A stretch of 64,000 bases of DNA from Minisyncoccota bacterium (lineage in GTDB: Bacteria > Patescibacteriota > Minisyncoccia > Phycocordibacterales > PALSA-1337), in the NCBI GenBank assembly GCA_041666915.1, contig JBAYFZ010000002.1:14771-78770 (forward strand). The letters are read 5' to 3'. Below, piece after piece: positions 28,328 through 37,681 of the stretch. A program made the translations under genes and the position numbers. The notes beneath the pieces were generated by a model. It saw only the letters and a program-made list of their open reading frames with translations. It was not told the DNA's origin and searched no databases. Each line of letters begins with the position of its first letter. Within the stretch, counting starts at the first letter, position 1.

Positions 28328-28356
28328 AGTTCCTAGTTCCTAGTATACTAGGAACT
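28328..28356. promoter_or_regulatory. perfect 22-nt palindrome agttcctagtatactaggaact with an extra tandem half-site, upstream of the HTH-PRTase gene; candidate operator
   Basis: aagttcctagttcctagtatactaggaactt, about 20-50 nt upstream of the minus-strand start at 28307. Confidence 0.45.
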
Positions 28357-28407
28357 TTATGATTCTAAATATACAGAAGATTTTCAAGCCTACACACCAA
28401 GCCGGCA

Positions 28408-28491
28408 AAAATTGCCTCAAATTGACACCTATGCTATACTGTTGTCGTTACGTATCTGTTCGCCCACCGGCGAACTTATTTGTTAAAAGGG
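28408..28491 (+). promoter_or_regulatory. promoter plus leader hairpin, copy 2, directly upstream of nusA
   Basis: Same 84-nt sequence as 26377..26460; nusA ATG at 28523. Confidence 0.6.
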
Positions 28492-28522
28492 TAAAAATTT
28501 AATAAAAACTAAATATAACAAC

Positions 28523-29689
28523 ATGTTTGATCTAAAAGTAATAAACTCCGTAGTACAGCAATTGGAAGAAGAGCGTGGTATTCCCCGCGAAAAGACTCTT
28601 GAAGCCATCTCTATGGCCTTCGCAACAGCCTACAAAAAGGAATACGGCAAAAAAGGACAGATAGTTCGCGCTTCATTTGACCAAAATTCTGGAAGTGTAG
28701 AATTCTGGCAGGTTAAAATTGTAGTTGACCGCAACCAAGTCATCATGGAGGGTGATGAGGAACATCAGGAAAATCTCAAAGATACAGCCTTGGAAGACAT
28801 CAAAATCCGTTTCAATCCAGAACAACACATGTTCATTGAAGACGCTCGCAAAATAAAGAGAGACGTTGTTATTGGTGATGAATTGGTATTTCCTCTAGAA
28901 ACCAAGGCTGACTTCGGCCGTATTGCCGCTCAAACAGCAAAGCAGATTATAATCCAAAAGATTCGTGAGGCTGAAAAAGTCTCTGTTATGAGTGAATATG
29001 GTAAAAAAGAGGGTGACATTGTCGCTGGTATAGTAGAACGCGTAGAACGTGGCGTTGTATATATAGACATGGGACGTGCTGTCGGTATTATTCCTTACGA
29101 GGAGCAGATTCCTAGTGAACGCTGGAAAACTGGAGATCGTATCCGTGCTTATTTGTACGCCGTAGAAGAAACACCAAAAGGCATTGTTTTGAAACTCTCA
29201 CGTGCTCATCCAAAATTCTTGGCAAAACTTTTTGAAACAGAGACTCCTGAAATCGCTAGTGGTGTAGTAGAAATAAAAACTATTGCCCGCGAAGCTGGTT
29301 CACGTTCCAAGGTTGCTGTCATCTCTCATGATGCCCATATAGATCCTATTGGTTCTATGGTTGGACAAAGAGGTGTTCGTGTTACAACCGTTACTAGTGA
29401 ACTCTCTGGTGAAAAAATAGATATCGTAGAATGGAATGAGGATCCTGCTCTGTTTATTGAAGAATCTTTATCTCCTGCTGAGGTTGTCTCTCTTGAACTA
29501 GATGAAAAAGAACATCGTGCAATAGTCACCGTAACTGAAGATGAACAATCTCTAGCTATCGGTAAGGGTGGTCAAAACGTTCGTCTAGCCGCAAAGCTTA
29601 CTGGTTGGAAAATTGATATCAAATCAATTGGTGGAATTGAAGATTTGAAAGTTGGCGGTGAGGACGAAGAAGAGGCTGAAAAGAAATAA
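28523..29689 (+). CDS. nusA: transcription termination/antitermination factor NusA
   Basis: 388 aa; N-terminal NusA domain, S1 and tandem KH domains (KIDIV...GKGGQNVRLAAKLTGWKIDI). Confidence 0.93.
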   Translation: MFDLKVINSVVQQLEEERGIPREKTLEAISMAFATAYKKEYGKKGQIVRASFDQNSGSVEFWQVKIVVDRNQVIMEGDEEHQENLKDTALEDIKIRFNPEQHMFIEDARKIKRDVVIGDELVFPLETKADFGRIAAQTAKQIIIQKIREAEKVSVMSEYGKKEGDIVAGIVERVERGVVYIDMGRAVGIIPYEEQIPSERWKTGDRIRAYLYAVEETPKGIVLKLSRAHPKFLAKLFETETPEIASGVVEIKTIAREAGSRSKVAVISHDAHIDPIGSMVGQRGVRVTTVTSELSGEKIDIVEWNEDPALFIEESLSPAEVVSLELDEKEHRAIVTVTEDEQSLAIGKGGQNVRLAAKLTGWKIDIKSIGGIEDLKVGGEDEEEAEKK

Positions 29690-29749
29690 TTGGATTAAAA
29701 TTTATAAGACAAAAAAGAGGCAGTGAGCCTCTTTTTTGTTTGTGTATAA

Positions 29750-30103
29750 TTATTTTCTTAAATAATTACTAACCCACTCCTTTAATTCCTCAAATCTTTT
29801 TTCATCAACTTTTGTTTTCTCAATATTTTGAACATATTCAAGAGTTATTTTCATATTCTCATCAAATTTATCCATCATGGCACCGTTTTGAACTCTTACA
29901 TCTTCTTTGAATTGATCGAAGTTACGGTTTAAAGCGAGGAGTTGTCTATCTATACTGTCAAAACGCTTATCGTAAGCAATCAACCTTGTCTCTGTTACCT
30001 CTCTAAAATCTCTCATATCTGCTACAAAATCGTTAAATTCCCTCTTGGAAACATAATCCAAGAGCTGATGTTTTGGAACCAATGCTGTATCGGTTTTTAT
30101 CAT
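29750..30103 (-). CDS. hypothetical coiled-coil protein
   Basis: 117-aa ORF, charged and heptad-like; no family recognised. Confidence 0.4.
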   Translation of the reverse strand: MIKTDTALVPKHQLLDYVSKREFNDFVADMRDFREVTETRLIAYDKRFDSIDRQLLALNRNFDQFKEDVRVQNGAMMDKFDENMKITLEYVQNIEKTKVDEKRFEELKEWVSNYLRK

Positions 30104-30282
30104 TTTGAAATCTTTAAATTAATTCTGATAATGTAGGCAGGTACGTGAATTATACCACCTCAAAACTTTTTGCAATCTATTCAAAATAATTTTTTTGTTT
30201 GGTAATGGAGAAAATGTGACGAAAAATCCGTCACATTTTCTTTTTACTTTAGAGACACATCTCGCGCGTACACATTTGTAAG

Positions 30283-30326
30283 CCAAATAAAACTGCCCGA
30301 CAAATCAGTAACGATTCGTCGGGCAG
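30283..30326 (-). terminator. rho-independent terminator (ctgcccgac...gtcgggcag plus T-run on the minus strand) downstream of the 30350..30838 gene
   Basis: 9-bp GC-rich stem then ttttatttgg on the minus strand. Confidence 0.6.
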
Positions 30327-30349
30327 ATAAGTAAAGCACTCCTTTCCAA

Positions 30350-30838
30350 TTATTGATCGTTTCCAATCAGTGACATTCCTCGGTACCAATGAAAACCGAG
30401 GCACTGCTCGTTTAAATCTAACACATGTTCCTCACCTGCGAAGTTGGCGAAGTCATTGCGTTCAATCTTGTTTACGTAAGTGAAACGTTCACCTCGAACA
30501 AACACTGGTCCGCGACCGCCGTAAAAACGACGCTCAGTGACATATGCTCTATGTAAACATGATTTCAGGAAGGGTATCGCAACATTTGTGTACCAGCCTC
30601 CGTAGTGCATAGTCCAGACAGGATCTTCTTTGTACCAAATTGTCGTAAGACCAGAACTTAGATTTGAAGATGGCGTCACAAGATAGATATCAAGTACACG
30701 GAAATCTCCAAAAACAAATGGAATTGCTTTGGAACCTGGAAACTCCGAAACCTCAATCTCTTGAACGTTTTGCGCCCAACCTACTGCCATAGCATTTAAA
30801 AAAACACCATGGACAAACTTTAATGATATTGGTTGCAT
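30350..30838 (-). CDS. hypothetical protein (GC-rich orphan)
   Basis: 162-aa ORF, noticeably GC-richer than neighbours, Trp/Tyr-rich; no family recognised. Confidence 0.45.
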   Translation of the reverse strand: MQPISLKFVHGVFLNAMAVGWAQNVQEIEVSEFPGSKAIPFVFGDFRVLDIYLVTPSSNLSSGLTTIWYKEDPVWTMHYGGWYTNVAIPFLKSCLHRAYVTERRFYGGRGPVFVRGERFTYVNKIERNDFANFAGEEHVLDLNEQCLGFHWYRGMSLIGNDQ

Positions 30839-31003
30839 AATAACCTCTTTTCTATGTTAATTTTTATGTGTCAAAAAACTACTTACTCTCTATCTTATAT
30901 CACAAATAACTCACATGTCAAGAAGCAAATCATTCAAATATCTGCTAGAATCTCGCGTATTGCTACAAATTAGCAGCAAATATTAATAATCACTATAAAT
31001 AAC

Positions 31004-32989
31004 ATGCATTCGTCCGAAATATTCGCCCTCGTTGCTTCAATCGTCGCCATCGTCTACGGCCTATCATTGGCCGCTTCAATCATGAAGAAGCCAGCCGGTA
31101 ACGACAAGATGAAAGAGATTGCTTCCGCTATTCAAGCCGGGGCAAAAGCTTATTTAAATAGACAATACCGCACAATCACTATGATCGCTGTCGTATTGTT
31201 TATCGTCCTCTGGATTTTCCTCGGTATCCAGATTGCTCTAGGATTCGTAGTTGGTGCCGTATTATCTGCTTTGGCAGGTTATATCGGTATGAACGTCTCT
31301 GTTCGTGCAAACATCCGTACAGCCGAAGCTGCACGCAGTGGCTTGGCATCAGCCCTATCTTTGGCTTTCAAAGGTGGTGCCGTTACTGGATTACTAGTAG
31401 TTGGTCTTGCTCTTCTCGGAGTAACTGGCTTCTATGTTATTACAGGAAGTGTCGCTTCTCTCATCGGTCTAGCTTTCGGTTCAAGTTTGATTTCAGTCTT
31501 CGCCCGTTTGGGTGGAGGTATATTCACCAAAGCCGCTGACGTAGGTACAGACCTCGTTGGTAAAGTTGAAGCTGGTATTCCAGAAGATGATCCAAGAAAT
31601 CCTGGAGTTATCGCCGATAACGTAGGAGATAACGTCGGTGACTGTGCAGGTATGGCAGCTGACCTCTTTGAAACTTACGCTGTTACTACTATTGCTGTCA
31701 TGATGCTCGGTGCAACTCTATTCCAAGGTTTCAACGGTGCTCTCATGTATCCTCTTGCTATCGGTGGAGTCGCAATCTTCGCTTCTATCATCGGAACATG
31801 GTTCGTCAAACTAGGTAAATCTGGAAACATCATGGGTGCTATGTACAAAGGCCTAGTCGTTGCCGGAGTTTTGTCTGCTATTGCTTTCTACCCTGTTACA
31901 AACGTCATCATGAAGGGTAACGGTTCTTATAGTGTTCTCAATCTATTCGGCGCAACTATCATCGGTCTCTTGGTTACAGGTTTCCTCGTAGTTATCACTG
32001 AATATTACACATCAACAAAGTACAAACCTGTACAATCCATCGCCAATGCTTCTGCTTCTGGTCATGGAACAAACATCATCCAAGGTCTAGCTATCTCAAT
32101 GAAATCCACAGCTTGGCCTCTCATCACCATCGTTGCTGGTATTCTAGCTGCTTACTACTTCGCTGGACTATACGGTATCGCTGTTGCTGCTATGAGTATG
32201 CTTTCTATGGCAGGTATCATCGTTGCTATTGATGCTTACGGTCCTATCACAGACAATGCTGGAGGTATCGCTGAAATGGCAAATCTTCCACAAGCAGTTC
32301 GTGATGTTACAGATCCTCTAGATGCAGTCGGAAACACCACCAAAGCTGTCACAAAGGGCTATGCTATCGGTTCTGCTGGTCTAGCTGCTCTAGTTCTATT
32401 CGCCTCATACACAGAGGCTACCGGCGGTAATTTCGCCTTTAGTTTGAGTGATCCAAAAGTTATCGTCGGTCTCTTTATCGGAGGACTTCTACCTTACTAC
32501 TTCGCCGCTCTATGTATGGAAGCTGTAGGTAAGGCTGCTGGTAAAGTCGTTGATGAAGTTCGTCGTCAATTCCGTGAGATCCAGGGTATTATGCAAGGCA
32601 CAGCAAAGCCTGATTATGCAAAATGTGTTGACATCGTCACATCTGCAGCTATCAAGGAAATGATCGTACCAGCTCTCATCCCTGTTCTCGCTCCTATCTT
32701 GGTTGGATTTATCCTCGGACCGGTCGCTCTCGGAGGTTTGCTCGTAGGTTCTATCGTTACAGGACTATTCGTAGCCATCTCTATGACATCAGGAGGAGGT
32801 GCTTGGGATAATGCAAAGAAACATATTGAACAAGGTAATCATGGAGGAAAAGGTTCTGACGCTCACAAGGCAGCAGTTACCGGTGATACTGTCGGCGATC
32901 CTTACAAGGATACAGCTGGTCCAGCTATCAACCCAATGATCAAGATCTTGAACATTGTCGCTCTATTGATCGTCGCTTTCTTGATGTAA
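31004..32989 (+). CDS. hppA: membrane-bound proton/sodium-translocating pyrophosphatase
   Basis: 661 aa polytopic; [56 protein letters not shown] are the H+-PPase signatures. Confidence 0.95.
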   Translation: MHSSEIFALVASIVAIVYGLSLAASIMKKPAGNDKMKEIASAIQAGAKAYLNRQYRTITMIAVVLFIVLWIFLGIQIALGFVVGAVLSALAGYIGMNVSVRANIRTAEAARSGLASALSLAFKGGAVTGLLVVGLALLGVTGFYVITGSVASLIGLAFGSSLISVFARLGGGIFTKAADVGTDLVGKVEAGIPEDDPRNPGVIADNVGDNVGDCAGMAADLFETYAVTTIAVMMLGATLFQGFNGALMYPLAIGGVAIFASIIGTWFVKLGKSGNIMGAMYKGLVVAGVLSAIAFYPVTNVIMKGNGSYSVLNLFGATIIGLLVTGFLVVITEYYTSTKYKPVQSIANASASGHGTNIIQGLAISMKSTAWPLITIVAGILAAYYFAGLYGIAVAAMSMLSMAGIIVAIDAYGPITDNAGGIAEMANLPQAVRDVTDPLDAVGNTTKAVTKGYAIGSAGLAALVLFASYTEATGGNFAFSLSDPKVIVGLFIGGLLPYYFAALCMEAVGKAAGKVVDEVRRQFREIQGIMQGTAKPDYAKCVDIVTSAAIKEMIVPALIPVLAPILVGFILGPVALGGLLVGSIVTGLFVAISMTSGGGAWDNAKKHIEQGNHGGKGSDAHKAAVTGDTVGDPYKDTAGPAINPMIKILNIVALLIVAFLM

Positions 32990-33114
32990 TCTTACTTACA
33001 ACTAGAATTAACAAAAAACTGTATGCACAGCGCATGCAGTTTTTTGTTTTCAACCATGGTAGAATAGTTCTCATCGTTAACAATTGTAATTACAATAATA
33101 TATACAAATATAAT

Positions 33115-33936
33115 ATGAAAAAAGATCCCATTTATTCAAAAACCCTCAAAACAGTAACTATCCTAACTATTGCGATTTTCACAGTTTTATTGATCAACAA
33201 TCATGCAACGAAGGCTCAAACTATCGTTGATACAACTTCCGCAACAAGTATTGGTAATACCCTAAATGGTGTCCCAGCCACTAATACAGCGAATATCAGA
33301 GAGAAGCTCCGTGCTGATCTTGAGTCAAAAGCTCAAAACCTCAAAATCAATCAGGAAACCAGAAATATCTTGACAGAGAAACGTATTTCAGCGACAACCT
33401 CATCTGTTTCCAATAATTCTACTTCACCACGAATCGTAAATACGATAAATAAGCCACCTCAAAATCCAGCAGAATTAAAAGCTCGTCTAGAAAACGAGAG
33501 ACGTCTAGGGGCTTCTACAACACCTATGATGCGTCGCGATGGTCAAGAAGATGAACGAACTACTATTCGTCAAAAGAAGGAGAATGTTGCCAAGCAACTT
33601 GAAGTTGCTGTCAAAAATCTAACAGAATTACGTAAACGCATTGGTTCTAGAATAGAAAAAGACCAACAAAGTGGTAGAGATATGACAAAAGCAAAACAAC
33701 TTTTAGGTATTGCTGATACAAAGTTGATTCAATTAAAAACTTCAATGGATACTTTAAAAGCTTACTCTACAGCTTCAACAACAGATTCCACCAACTTGGA
33801 TTCAGCACGAAAACTTATAAATGATGTTCAAAAGACTATAAAATACACTCATCAATCTTTAAATGATGTAGTTGTTGCGATTGCTCAGGCAATGGGATTG
33901 AAAAATGGCACGGCTTCTTCTACAACAGCACAATAA
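33115..33936 (+). CDS. hypothetical secreted protein (signal peptide, coiled-coil); start at MKKDPIY
   Basis: The ORF-track frame extends upstream to 33034, but a signal-peptide-like start is at 33115. Confidence 0.45.
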   Translation: MKKDPIYSKTLKTVTILTIAIFTVLLINNHATKAQTIVDTTSATSIGNTLNGVPATNTANIREKLRADLESKAQNLKINQETRNILTEKRISATTSSVSNNSTSPRIVNTINKPPQNPAELKARLENERRLGASTTPMMRRDGQEDERTTIRQKKENVAKQLEVAVKNLTELRKRIGSRIEKDQQSGRDMTKAKQLLGIADTKLIQLKTSMDTLKAYSTASTTDSTNLDSARKLINDVQKTIKYTHQSLNDVVVAIAQAMGLKNGTASSTTAQ

Positions 33937-33973
33937 TTAATAACCCACATAATTAACAATTTTTAATAAAAAC

Positions 33974-34465
33974 ATGGAACCAATACAAAAACAGTACGTA
34001 CCAAGTCAACCAGCTCCAACGCCAACACCAGCACCAGTACCAGCTCCAACACCAGTTCAGCCCTCAACCCCAGTCCAACCATTTACAGCCCCAGCACCAA
34101 TCCGACCTTCAACTCCGATTCAACAGCCTACTCCAACAAATACCGTTCCACCTATTTACACTGCAAATAATGGAAATGTAGTAAAAAATACCCCAAAGAA
34201 AGTTGGACCTATTGTTGCCGGACTTGTGGTCATTATCATTTTGATAGTTGTTGCTTTGTATATACTAGCTTCAAGAGTAAATCAGCAATCTACACCAGTA
34301 GATAATACAACAGCAATAAACGACCTCATTTCAACAGATACAACACCTGTAGTCACCGAGACTCCAGCGGAAATCAAGCCTGTAACAGGAACATCAGACG
34401 ATCTCCAATCTCTCCAAGCAGATCTAGACACTTCCATTGAAGGTGTTGACGCTCAAAGTATTTAA
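33974..34465 (+). CDS. hypothetical Pro/Thr-rich membrane-anchored protein
   Basis: 163 aa; PAPTPTPAPVPAPTPVQP repeats, one TM helix. A terminator hairpin follows at about 34487..34523. Confidence 0.45.
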   Translation: MEPIQKQYVPSQPAPTPTPAPVPAPTPVQPSTPVQPFTAPAPIRPSTPIQQPTPTNTVPPIYTANNGNVVKNTPKKVGPIVAGLVVIIILIVVALYILASRVNQQSTPVDNTTAINDLISTDTTPVVTETPAEIKPVTGTSDDLQSLQADLDTSIEGVDAQSI

Positions 34466-34523
34466 CAACCTTACTCTCTCGTTACCGTTAAAAAATCCTT
34501 TGCAAGTTTGCAAGGGATTTTTT

Positions 34524-34723
34524 AGTGCCACAATCGCAAGAACATTCCTTTTGAAAACCTGCGAGACTCGCTCCGTTTATTTTCTAAGTAAAATGCTCAG
34601 GAATTACGGAGGACTAATCGTCCTCTCGTAATTCCAAGGACATTCGCATTTTACTAAGAAACTAAAACTGCGCTCAGACAGGTTCTCGGTTTTCAAGAGG
34701 AATGTTCTTGCGATTGTGGCACT
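34524..34723. mobile_element. MITE-like palindromic element, copy 1 (about 170-nt core shared with 58101..58308; locus-specific 25-nt terminal inverted repeats)
   Basis: Outer inverted repeats agtgccacaatcgcaagaacattcc / ggaatgttcttgcgattgtggcact. Core gaaaacctgcgagactcgctccgttta...ggaggactaatcgtcctctcg...ggttttc is itself an imperfect palindrome and near-identical to the 58-kb copy. Confidence 0.6.
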
Positions 34724-34771
34724 ACCATCAACACCTTGCCAACTTGTCCCCTATTCGTTAGACTGGCTTTC

Positions 34772-35887
34772 ATGACAAATAAATCTTCAACCCCAAAAGA
34801 AGCGGTGAAATCATATAGCACCGCTGTTACAAAGAGTTTGGCCAAATCTCAAATTGAGATAAGTGCTTCCATACCTACCGAGGTTTGGGAAAAATTCCGT
34901 AAGCAAGCATTAAAAAATATAAATGAATCTGTCACTGTAGATGGATTTCGTAAGGGTATGGTTCCAGAAAACGTACTTGTTTCCAAAGTCGGTGAATCAG
35001 CTGTGAACGAAGAAATGGCAGAACTTGCCCTTTCAAAAGCTTATATTGAAATTCTGATTGATAATAAAATAGACGCTATCGGTAGACCTCAAGTTCAGAT
35101 TACCAAACTAGCAAAAGGTAACCCTATAGAATTCAAAGCTATCACTGCCATCGTCCCAGTCGTCACATTACCTGATTACAAAAAGATTGCTGAGAAAGAA
35201 GTAAAGAAGGACTCCAAGAATGAAATCAAAGTTGAAGAAAAAGATATTGAAGATGCTATCTTGAAAGTTAGAAAGTCTCACGCTTCTCATGAAGGTCATG
35301 ATCACAAGAAAATGTCTCCAGAGGAACACGAAAAAGCTATTATGGATTCCCTACCAGAATTCAATGATGAATTTGTAAGATCTTTGGGAGAATTCAAAGA
35401 CATAGCTGAATTCAAAGAAAAAATCCGTGAGATGATCGGTTTAAATAAAAAAGATGAAGCTCGTGAAAAACTTCGCATTCGTATAGCTGATGCTCTATCA
35501 GATGCAACAACTATTGAAATACCTGACATCATGATCGAAACCGAACTCAATCGTACTCAAGGTCAATTTGAAGATGACATAGAACGCATGGGTGTAAAAC
35601 TAGAAGATTATTTGAAGCATGCAAAAAAGACCATAGAAGAAATAAGAAAAGAATGGTTACCTCATGCCGAGAAGAAAGCAAAACTACAACTTATCTTGAA
35701 TGCCATTTCAGATGCCGAGAAAATAAAACCTGATCAAAAAGAGATTGAGGCCGAAGTTGCTCATATAGTAGAACACTACAAAGATGCTGATAAAGAAAGA
35801 GCTGCTGTATACGCAGATACAGTTCTAACAAATGAAAAAGTCTTTCAGATGTTAGAAAAATCTGGGGAAAAAGAAAGCAAGAAATAA
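34772..35887 (+). CDS. tig: trigger factor
   Basis: ISASIPTEVWEKFRKQALKNINESVTVDGFRKGMVPENVL is the N-terminal ribosome-binding domain. Start taken at the MTNKSS Met inside the longer ORF. Confidence 0.85.
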   Translation: MTNKSSTPKEAVKSYSTAVTKSLAKSQIEISASIPTEVWEKFRKQALKNINESVTVDGFRKGMVPENVLVSKVGESAVNEEMAELALSKAYIEILIDNKIDAIGRPQVQITKLAKGNPIEFKAITAIVPVVTLPDYKKIAEKEVKKDSKNEIKVEEKDIEDAILKVRKSHASHEGHDHKKMSPEEHEKAIMDSLPEFNDEFVRSLGEFKDIAEFKEKIREMIGLNKKDEAREKLRIRIADALSDATTIEIPDIMIETELNRTQGQFEDDIERMGVKLEDYLKHAKKTIEEIRKEWLPHAEKKAKLQLILNAISDAEKIKPDQKEIEAEVAHIVEHYKDADKERAAVYADTVLTNEKVFQMLEKSGEKESKK

Positions 35888-35958
35888 TAAATACAAAAAA
35901 ACACCCTGAACTTGTCAGGGTGTTTTTTTGTGAAACTTACTACCTGATGAAATTACTA

Positions 35959-36681
35959 TTACTCAAGCACTACCCTGGAAAGGGCAGCAATGACAGCGGT
36001 TTCTGATCGTAGAACTTGATTACCTAGACAGACTATGTCCATATTATTTTTGTGAAACAGCTCAATTTCCTTTTCAGACCAACCTCCTTCTGGACCAATG
36101 AAAATTCCAACTAAACTAGTCTTTACGGCATTATTCGTTAACTGGTAAGTCGCAAAATTCAAACCTTCTGTATGAAAAACCAAACGCTTTAAATTCACAG
36201 TACCAGACGTCGCAAGAATCACATCTTCCAACTTCATAATTTGACCAATTGTTGGGACATCACTTCTACCACTTTGTTCACTAGCTTCAATTGCAATTTT
36301 TTTCAAACGTTCTTCATTCAAAGATTTCTTCTCACTACGTTCTGCCATAACAGGAATAATATGAGTTACACCCAACTCTGTAGCTTTCTCAACAATCCAT
36401 TCAAAATTATCTTTCTTAACGAGAGCCTGATAAAGATAAACTTCTCTCTTTGGTACAAAGCGACTTGGTTCTGATTTTATAACTTTCAAAGCAACGGCTT
36501 CTTTCTCTAGACCAACAATCTCACATTCAAAATCAAGACCAGATCCGTCAAAGGTAATTACCATATCACCTTTCTTCAAACGAAAAACTCGCTGAATCTG
36601 ATTTACCAATTCAACAGAGTTTACCGTGATTTCGGTTTTGACACCGATTTTTTCTGAAATGTAAAAACGATGGAGTCTCAT
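35959..36681 (-). CDS. rsmE: 16S rRNA (uracil1498-N3)-methyltransferase RsmE
   Basis: 240 aa starting MRLHRFYI, PUA-like N-terminus plus SPOUT C-terminus. Confidence 0.85.
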   Translation of the reverse strand: MRLHRFYISEKIGVKTEITVNSVELVNQIQRVFRLKKGDMVITFDGSGLDFECEIVGLEKEAVALKVIKSEPSRFVPKREVYLYQALVKKDNFEWIVEKATELGVTHIIPVMAERSEKKSLNEERLKKIAIEASEQSGRSDVPTIGQIMKLEDVILATSGTVNLKRLVFHTEGLNFATYQLTNNAVKTSLVGIFIGPEGGWSEKEIELFHKNNMDIVCLGNQVLRSETAVIAALSRVVLE

Positions 36682-36717
36682 GATTTCAATATTTCAATTA
36701 TAACTGTAAAGACTTGG

Positions 36718-36824
36718 AAATTTGAATGCGATTCTAGGAGCAAGCGAGGCTTGTGACTAGGCTGTATGAATAATACTGCCTAGTCACAAACGAGTGAAGC
36801 GACAACGAAGCGCGTCAAATTTAC
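36718..36824. repeat. intergenic repeat element, copy B (same family as 18519..18653)
   Basis: ggagcaagcgaggcttgtgactaggctgtatgaataatactgcctagtcacaaacgagtgaagcgacaacgaagcgcg is shared. Lies directly 3' of the clpP stop. Confidence 0.7.
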
Positions 36825-36829
36825 AAGTC

Positions 36830-37411
36830 TTACTTCTTGACTGATGTAACCTGATCGACTAACCCATACTTCTTAGCTTCTTCTGCGTCCATGAAGAAAT
36901 CGCGATCAACATCCTTTTCAATCTTCGCCAAAGTCTGACCTGTATTTTTTGCAAGAATCTTATTCAACATCAAGCGAGTCTTCAAAATATGTTTTGCACT
37001 GATCTCAATATCAGAAGCCTGACCTTCTGCACCACCCAAAGGCTGGTGAATCATAACTTCAGAATTTGGTAAGGCTATACGCTTTCCTTTTGTACCAGCA
37101 GAGAGAACTAAGGCTGCACCCGATGCCGCAAGGCCAACACAAACTGTAGAAATATCATTTTTAATATGTTGCATCGTATCTATGATAGCCAAAGTCGCTG
37201 TTACAGAACCGCCAGGAGAATTTACATAAAGAGAAATCTCTTTCTTTGGATCTTCGGATTGTAAGAATAGAAGCTGAGCAATTACCAAGTTGGCAGTATG
37301 GTCATCTATAGGCCCGCCAAGAAAAATGATGCTATCTTTTAGCAAACGAGAATATATATCATAAGCGCGCTCTCCAAAACTTGATTTTTCTATTACTGTT
37401 GGTATTAACAT
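36830..37411 (-). CDS. clpP: ATP-dependent Clp protease proteolytic subunit
   Basis: 193 aa; [10 protein letters not shown] (catalytic Ser), MIHQP (His). Confidence 0.95.
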   Translation of the reverse strand: MLIPTVIEKSSFGERAYDIYSRLLKDSIIFLGGPIDDHTANLVIAQLLFLQSEDPKKEISLYVNSPGGSVTATLAIIDTMQHIKNDISTVCVGLAASGAALVLSAGTKGKRIALPNSEVMIHQPLGGAEGQASDIEISAKHILKTRLMLNKILAKNTGQTLAKIEKDVDRDFFMDAEEAKKYGLVDQVTSVKK

Positions 37412-37681
37412 GGTTTTATATGGTTACTATATGATTCTGTATAATTATTTGGCTTTATTGACATACGATACATCATGTGACATCTTTTTTCAAGTACGAA
37501 AAACTAGACAACTGCCCTCCTCTGTTATAAGATACAATTGTTACTAAATTTTAATTTTGATACCGTTTTTTCCGAACTTGGCGTGACGTTCAAACTTATG
37601 AAACAACTTACAATTCAGATCCAGCTAAAAACTCATATGTTACTTTCACAATAGTTCGCAAAAGGCGGATCCAATCCGTAT

